A DNA stretch of 64,000 bases from a virus: IMG/VR virus record IMGVR_UViG_3300024581_003238, positions 1 to 64,000 of that record. One strand, given 5' to 3'. The notes below the pieces were generated by a model that saw only the letters and a list, made by a program, of their open reading frames with translations, was not told where the DNA came from and did no database searches. Made by a program: the position numbers and the translations under genes. This document shows, piece by piece, positions 58,611-64,000 of the stretch. Each line of letters begins with the position of its first letter. Position 1 is the stretch's first letter.

Positions 58611-61600
58611 ATGGCAAAAATATTCGACATAAAAATAACATCAGGTACATCACACAGTTTGTACACAATATATTATGATCAAGTTGATGCCTCTAACATT
58701 GCAACAAGAGTTAGTACTTCTTCTTCAGCAACAGGTGTTACATATGCGGATTTAACTAATGGTAATGGAGTTACGGTTTCGGTACCGAATAGTGCAACAT
58801 CAATTCTTTTATATAATAATTCATGTGTAGTAGACGATGAAATAATATTACCAAGCCCAACACCAACAGCAACTCCTACCCCCACTCCAACACCTAATTG
58901 TGATTTTTTAGTAGATATAGAAGTTGTAACTCCCACACCAACACCAACCGCGAGTTCTACCCCCACACCAACACCTACACCATCACCAACAACTAGTCCC
59001 ACCCCAACACCAACACCTACGGCAACTCCAAATTGCGAGTTTGACGTTGATGTGAATGTAGTCACACCAACTCCAACACCATCACCTAGTCCAACAAGTA
59101 CTCCAACACCAACACCAACAACCAGTCCTACTGCAACACCTACACCATCACCTAGCCCAACAAGTACACCTACGCCATCACCGAGCCCAACTGAAACTCC
59201 GACTCCGACACCTAGCCCAACAAGTACACCTACCCCTACACCAACACCTAATTGTGACTTCGATGTTGATATAGATATTAACCGAGCACCTACAGGGTTT
59301 ACACCGATAATATTAACTCAATATGAAAATACCGCAACGGGTACAACTATTGCCACTTTATCTGCGGGAGATCCTGATACGGGAGATACACACACATTTA
59401 GTTTAGTGTCAGGTTCAGGTAGTACAGATAACGCATCATTTACTTTATCAAGTGCAGGTGTCCTTAAAAATGCAGTAGTGTTCAACTATGAAACAAAATC
59501 AAGTTATTCGATAAGAGTAAGAGTTACAGATCAAGGTGGATTAAGTTTTGAAGATACAAGAACAGTATCAGTTCGTAACGTAAATGAAACTCCGTATGGA
59601 TTGACATTAAGTAATAATACACAGAATGAGAATACCGCAACAGGTACTACCATCGGAACGTTCTCAGGTTTAGATGTTGATAGTGGTGAAACATTTACAT
59701 ATACACTTTCGGGAAGTGGTAATGATAACGCATCATTTACTTTATCAAGTGCGGGAGTTCTTAAAAACGCGATAGTATTCAATTACGAAGTTAAAAATTC
59801 ATATAGTATCGAAGTAACGGTTACTGATAGTGGTAATAACACCTATACTGATACATTTACAATTTCAGTCCTTGATGTTAACGAAACACCTACTAATATT
59901 ACTTTATCAAATTCATCTATAGATGAGAATGTACCAACAGGGACTACAATAGGGACATTTAGTTCTACAGATCCTGACACTAATAACACATTTACGTATA
60001 GTTTAGTAAATGGTACAGGGTCATCAGGAAATAATAGTTTCTATATTGACGGTACAAGTCTGAAGAGTAATGTGGTATTCGATTATGAAACACAATCATC
60101 TTACTCTATAAGGGTTAGATCGACAGATCAAGGAGGTCTTTACGTAGAAAAAATATTAACAATATCGATTACAGATATATCAGTATCAGGTACTGCAACA
60201 GTCACAAACTTAAATTGTTATAACGATTCCTCAGGAACAATTGAGGTCACTTCTCAGTCAGGGGGAGTCTCACCATACACATATTCAATTAATGGTATAT
60301 CATATCAATCATCAACGTCATTTACAGGTTTGGGGGCAGGAACATATACTGTATACATTAAAGATGATAATGGTGAGATAGGTACATTCTCGAAAACAAT
60401 AACACAACCACCCGTACTTTCAGTTACCGATTCACACACAGACCCAACATGTTATGGGGGAAGTGATGGACAAATACAATTTTCTGTTGCTGGTGGTACA
60501 GGAGAAATAACTTACACTTTGAATGGTGTTGCAACGACAGATTTACTCCATGAAAATTTAAGTGCGGGTAATTACGTTCTTGTTGCGACAGACGAAAATG
60601 GATGTACTGATAGTAGAACAGTAGTTTTAAATGTAACACAAGTATCCGCAACAGTAACACAATCTAATACCACATGTAACGGAGGTAGTAATGGTTGGAT
60701 TAATGTAACTTCAGCTACAGGAGGATCTGGTAGTGGGTATGAAGTCAAATTAAATAGTAATGGAACATATGTCAGTCTAGGTGACTTTAAGGTATATTCA
60801 AATTTATCGGCTGGGACATATACTATCTATGTTAAAGATGGTGATGGTTGTGAAAGAACATATAGTATAACAATTACGGAACCCGCGGCAGTAACATTCA
60901 CAGAAACACATGTTGACCCAACATGTTGGAATGGTAATGATGGTAGTATTACTGTTTCCGCTTCAGGAGGTAATGGATCTTACGAATATCAGTTTAATGG
61001 TTTTTGGCAATCATCAAATATAAAAACAGGTTTAACGACAGGTAGTCATACTGTAAGAGTAAGAGACGGTAATGGATGTACTTCAAGTATTGGGTCTGTT
61101 ACTTTATCTACCACAAAACCATCTGCAACTATTACGTCCACAAATGTGGTATGTAATGGTGATGACGATGGGACAATATCAGTTTCTAATCCAACAGGTG
61201 GGTCGGGAGCAACATATCAAGTCAAATTAAATAGTAATGGGACATATGTTAACTTAACAGGTACCCAACTTTATGAGAATTTATCGCCAGATACTTACAA
61301 TATCTATATTAAAGATAGTGATGGTTGTGAAGGAATTTTCTCCAAGACCATTACAGAAAACAACGCAGTTACTGCAAGTACTACATCAACGACTCCAACA
61401 TGTTTTGGTGATACTGATGGTAGTATAACGGTAACAGGTAGTGGTGGTACGGGTTCATATACTTATAGTATTGGAAGTGGTTACCAATCTTCAAATAGTT
61501 TTACAGGTTTAGGAAATGGAATTTATTCAGTTAATGTAAAAGACAGTAATGGTTGTGTTGGAACAACAACATTAACCCTATTAAAAACACAAGTAAGTGC

Positions 61601-63878
61601 GACAATTTACAGTAATCAACCTTCATGTTTTGGTGATACTGATGGTGACATCACATTATCATCAATTACGGGTGGAAACAGTGGCACGTATCAGTATAAA
61701 TTCGAAAGTGGTAATTGGACTGATTTTAGTTCCGCAGTAACCTTTACAAATAAATCGGCCGGAACATACACAATACAAGTTAGGGATAGTCAACAGTGTA
61801 GTAGAAGTTATTCTTACACTTTAGGTCAACCAACAGCAGTAACATCATCTGTATCTGTAACCCACCCATCTTGTGCAAATAGTACAGACGGGTCAGTAAC
61901 AATAACAGGGGGTGGTGGATCAGGAACGTACGTATATTCTATTGACGGGTCTAATTATTACTTAGGTAATACATTTAATACCTTGTCCGTAGGAAGTGGT
62001 ACTGCATATGTTAAAGATAGTAGTGGATGTATAAGTACAGTTTCATACACTTTGACAAAGACTGACCCAACAGCAACCATTTCAGTAACAAACGCATTGT
62101 GTAACGGAGAGACAGGATCAATAACCGTTTCTAATCCATCAGGTGGGAATGGAGGTACATACCAAGTTAAATTAGACACAGGATCGTATCAGAACTTTTC
62201 ATCTTCTACAGATACTCCACCTAATTCATATACATTTACTTCAGTAAATGTTGGTAATCATGTTATCACCATAAAAGACGGTGATGGTTGTACAAGAGGG
62301 TACAGTAGAAGTGTTACAGAGCCAACATCGGTTGTTGTTGGATATACTGGTTTGTCTCACCCATCGTGTAGTTACAGTAGTGATGGTAGTATAAATTTTA
62401 CAGTTAGTGGTGGTTCAGGTCCATACACATATAGACTAAATGGAACATTAATAACTAATTTATCGGTTACAGGTTTAACCACGGGTCCTTATGTTTTATA
62501 CGCGGAAGATGATAATGGGTGTAGTGATTCAGTTTCGGTTAACTTATCTAAATCTTCACCTTCTGCGACGGTAACGGCATCTAACCCAACTTGTAGTTCG
62601 GGTTGGGGTGCAATTACAGTGGCGAGTCCTGCGGGAGGAAATGGTCCAACTTATGAATCAAAAATTGGAAACGGTCCCTACACAACAATAGGTAGTCCAA
62701 CAGTTTACGCACCTTTATCCTCAGGAACATACACAATTACAATAAAGGATGGGGATGGTTGTACAAGGACATATGATAGAACAATTACAATACCTACAGC
62801 GGTAAGTTTTACTACTTCAGTGACCCACCCAACATGTAATGGGGATAGTGACGGAGAAATAACATTTAGTGCAAGTGGTGGTAATGGATCATACCAATAC
62901 TCCATAAATAATGGAATAAATTATCAATCAAATAATACTTTTTCTAATCTAACTGTAGGGACATACTTATTGAGGGTTAAAGATGGTGTAAATTGTAGTA
63001 CTACGGATACAGTAACTTTAAGTAAGACAGACCCTAATGCAACATTCACTATGTTACCTGTGAGTTGTAACGGAGGTTCTGATGGAGAAATTGAAGTCTC
63101 AAGTATGACAGGTGGTAATGGTGGAACATATTCACATAGACTTGGTTTAGGTTCTTACTTAACCACGGATCCTCATTCTTATAATAATTTATCTGCGGGT
63201 GATCATTACATTACCATAAAAGATGGTTCGGGTTGTACAGAAGCATATACAATCACAGTTACAGAACCAACGGCACAAACGGTATCTATAACATCGGTCA
63301 CCACAACAACAGGAAGTACGGGTAGTGTTACTGTAACATCTACGGGAGGTGTGTGGCCAAAAACTTATAGATTATATGAGGATACCACTTCACCATATAC
63401 TGTTGGAGGTGGGACATTAGTTGCAACAATTACAGGTGTGACTTCGGCTAACCATTCACAGACATTCAGTAATTTATCACAAGGATATTATTATGTTGTA
63501 GTAACAGATGCGAATGGATGTACCGCCAGCAGTGTAACTATCGAAAGTACGTTTGCCGAAGGTGATGACACTGGTGGCCCAAAAGAAGTAATATCAGGTG
63601 TGGCAGATCTAAAAATAGAACAATGTTCTACAGGACAAATTTATTATGCACGTAGTGATAGATATTGTTCGGGCAGTAATTTATCCCTCCAACAAGGATC
63701 TGTTGGAGTTGGAGATATTGTACAATTCGCGGTAGGGGAAAACTGTCCAATTGAGGGGGCAACTTATTGTGGTGAAGTAACACAAACAGGACTTGAAGTA
63801 GCTTCGACCGCAATTATAACAAATGATTTCTTCACTAATTCAATAAGTAGTTGTGACGATTTCGATTGTTTTGAATAA
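58611..63878 (+). CDS. Giant adhesin-like fibre protein: N-terminal beta domain, 3 CDF motifs, 3 cadherin-like domains, about 14 SprB-like repeats, Cys-rich C-terminus
   Basis: Cadherin signatures EN...GT.I......D.D...F.Y.L...F.YE....Y.I.V...D.G; SprB-type C.G..DG.I.V..SGG...Y.Y....L.AG.Y.V.VKD..GC units. Confidence 0.85.
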   Translation: MAKIFDIKITSGTSHSLYTIYYDQVDASNIATRVSTSSSATGVTYADLTNGNGVTVSVPNSATSILLYNNSCVVDDEIILPSPTPTATPTPTPTPNCDFLVDIEVVTPTPTPTASSTPTPTPTPSPTTSPTPTPTPTATPNCEFDVDVNVVTPTPTPSPSPTSTPTPTPTTSPTATPTPSPSPTSTPTPSPSPTETPTPTPSPTSTPTPTPTPNCDFDVDIDINRAPTGFTPIILTQYENTATGTTIATLSAGDPDTGDTHTFSLVSGSGSTDNASFTLSSAGVLKNAVVFNYETKSSYSIRVRVTDQGGLSFEDTRTVSVRNVNETPYGLTLSNNTQNENTATGTTIGTFSGLDVDSGETFTYTLSGSGNDNASFTLSSAGVLKNAIVFNYEVKNSYSIEVTVTDSGNNTYTDTFTISVLDVNETPTNITLSNSSIDENVPTGTTIGTFSSTDPDTNNTFTYSLVNGTGSSGNNSFYIDGTSLKSNVVFDYETQSSYSIRVRSTDQGGLYVEKILTISITDISVSGTATVTNLNCYNDSSGTIEVTSQSGGVSPYTYSINGISYQSSTSFTGLGAGTYTVYIKDDNGEIGTFSKTITQPPVLSVTDSHTDPTCYGGSDGQIQFSVAGGTGEITYTLNGVATTDLLHENLSAGNYVLVATDENGCTDSRTVVLNVTQVSATVTQSNTTCNGGSNGWINVTSATGGSGSGYEVKLNSNGTYVSLGDFKVYSNLSAGTYTIYVKDGDGCERTYSITITEPAAVTFTETHVDPTCWNGNDGSITVSASGGNGSYEYQFNGFWQSSNIKTGLTTGSHTVRVRDGNGCTSSIGSVTLSTTKPSATITSTNVVCNGDDDGTISVSNPTGGSGATYQVKLNSNGTYVNLTGTQLYENLSPDTYNIYIKDSDGCEGIFSKTITENNAVTASTTSTTPTCFGDTDGSITVTGSGGTGSYTYSIGSGYQSSNSFTGLGNGIYSVNVKDSNGCVGTTTLTLLKTQVSATIYSNQPSCFGDTDGDITLSSITGGNSGTYQYKFESGNWTDFSSAVTFTNKSAGTYTIQVRDSQQCSRSYSYTLGQPTAVTSSVSVTHPSCANSTDGSVTITGGGGSGTYVYSIDGSNYYLGNTFNTLSVGSGTAYVKDSSGCISTVSYTLTKTDPTATISVTNALCNGETGSITVSNPSGGNGGTYQVKLDTGSYQNFSSSTDTPPNSYTFTSVNVGNHVITIKDGDGCTRGYSRSVTEPTSVVVGYTGLSHPSCSYSSDGSINFTVSGGSGPYTYRLNGTLITNLSVTGLTTGPYVLYAEDDNGCSDSVSVNLSKSSPSATVTASNPTCSSGWGAITVASPAGGNGPTYESKIGNGPYTTIGSPTVYAPLSSGTYTITIKDGDGCTRTYDRTITIPTAVSFTTSVTHPTCNGDSDGEITFSASGGNGSYQYSINNGINYQSNNTFSNLTVGTYLLRVKDGVNCSTTDTVTLSKTDPNATFTMLPVSCNGGSDGEIEVSSMTGGNGGTYSHRLGLGSYLTTDPHSYNNLSAGDHYITIKDGSGCTEAYTITVTEPTAQTVSITSVTTTTGSTGSVTVTSTGGVWPKTYRLYEDTTSPYTVGGGTLVATITGVTSANHSQTFSNLSQGYYYVVVTDANGCTASSVTIESTFAEGDDTGGPKEVISGVADLKIEQCSTGQIYYARSDRYCSGSNLSLQQGSVGVGDIVQFAVGENCPIEGATYCGEVTQTGLEVASTAIITNDFFTNSISSCDDFDCFE

Positions 63879-63948
63879 AAAAGAATAACAAAAAGAATAA
63901 ATCGTAATAACGATATATTTATAATAAAAGAAAATAAAATTAAATAAC

Positions 63949-63999
63949 ATGGCAGATTATCAAGTAACTTTTACATTAAACTCCGCATTTACTGGAACA
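63949..63999 (+). CDS. 3'-truncated putative structural protein (MADYQVTFTLNSAFTGT...)
   Basis: ATG downstream of TATTTAT at 63916; frame open to the window end. Confidence 0.55.
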   Translation, partial: MADYQVTFTLNSAFTGT

Positions 64000-64000
64000 A

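Noticed and set aside
58611-63878. Diversity-generating retroelement target
   Set aside because: No reverse transcriptase and no template/variable repeat pair differing at adenines was seen in the window.
1-64000. Stop-codon reassignment as in some large phages
   Set aside because: Genes are intact and tightly packed in the standard code, and TAA, TAG and TGA all terminate genes.

Overview
AT-rich segment of a large, distantly T4-like myophage genome in the standard genetic code; no tRNA, rRNA, CRISPR array or IS element was found. It holds neck, tail and baseplate genes (gp13/14/15-like, sheath, tube, chaperone, tape measure, hub, gp25, gp6, gp7-like). Interleaved with these are replication genes (family B polymerase, SNF2-type helicase, gp32-like SSB, RecA/UvsX, 5'-3' exonuclease, DnaB-like helicase, class Ia nrdB/nrdA). 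Both ends carry large Pro/Thr-linker proteins with Calx-beta, cupredoxin-like, trypsin-like protease, cadherin and SprB-like modules. Missing Shine-Dalgarno sites, TTG-N20-TAnnTTT promoters and SprB repeats suggest a Bacteroidota host (inference). Best leads: (1) 14 copies of a Cys-bearing amphipathic strand ([10 protein letters not shown]) on Pro/Thr tethers, possibly docking sites of a scaffoldin-like branched fibre; (2) an [ST]-G-x-T motif enriched in exposed virion proteins, a candidate glycosylation sequon; (3) a likely +1 frameshift (UUU UUU CGU C) in the tail chaperone; (4) a TATTTAT late-promoter motif, often 4 nt before the ATG; (5) a degenerate Hint domain in the baseplate protein; (6) three structured or repeated intergenic elements. 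All family assignments come from motif recognition by eye, not from database searches.
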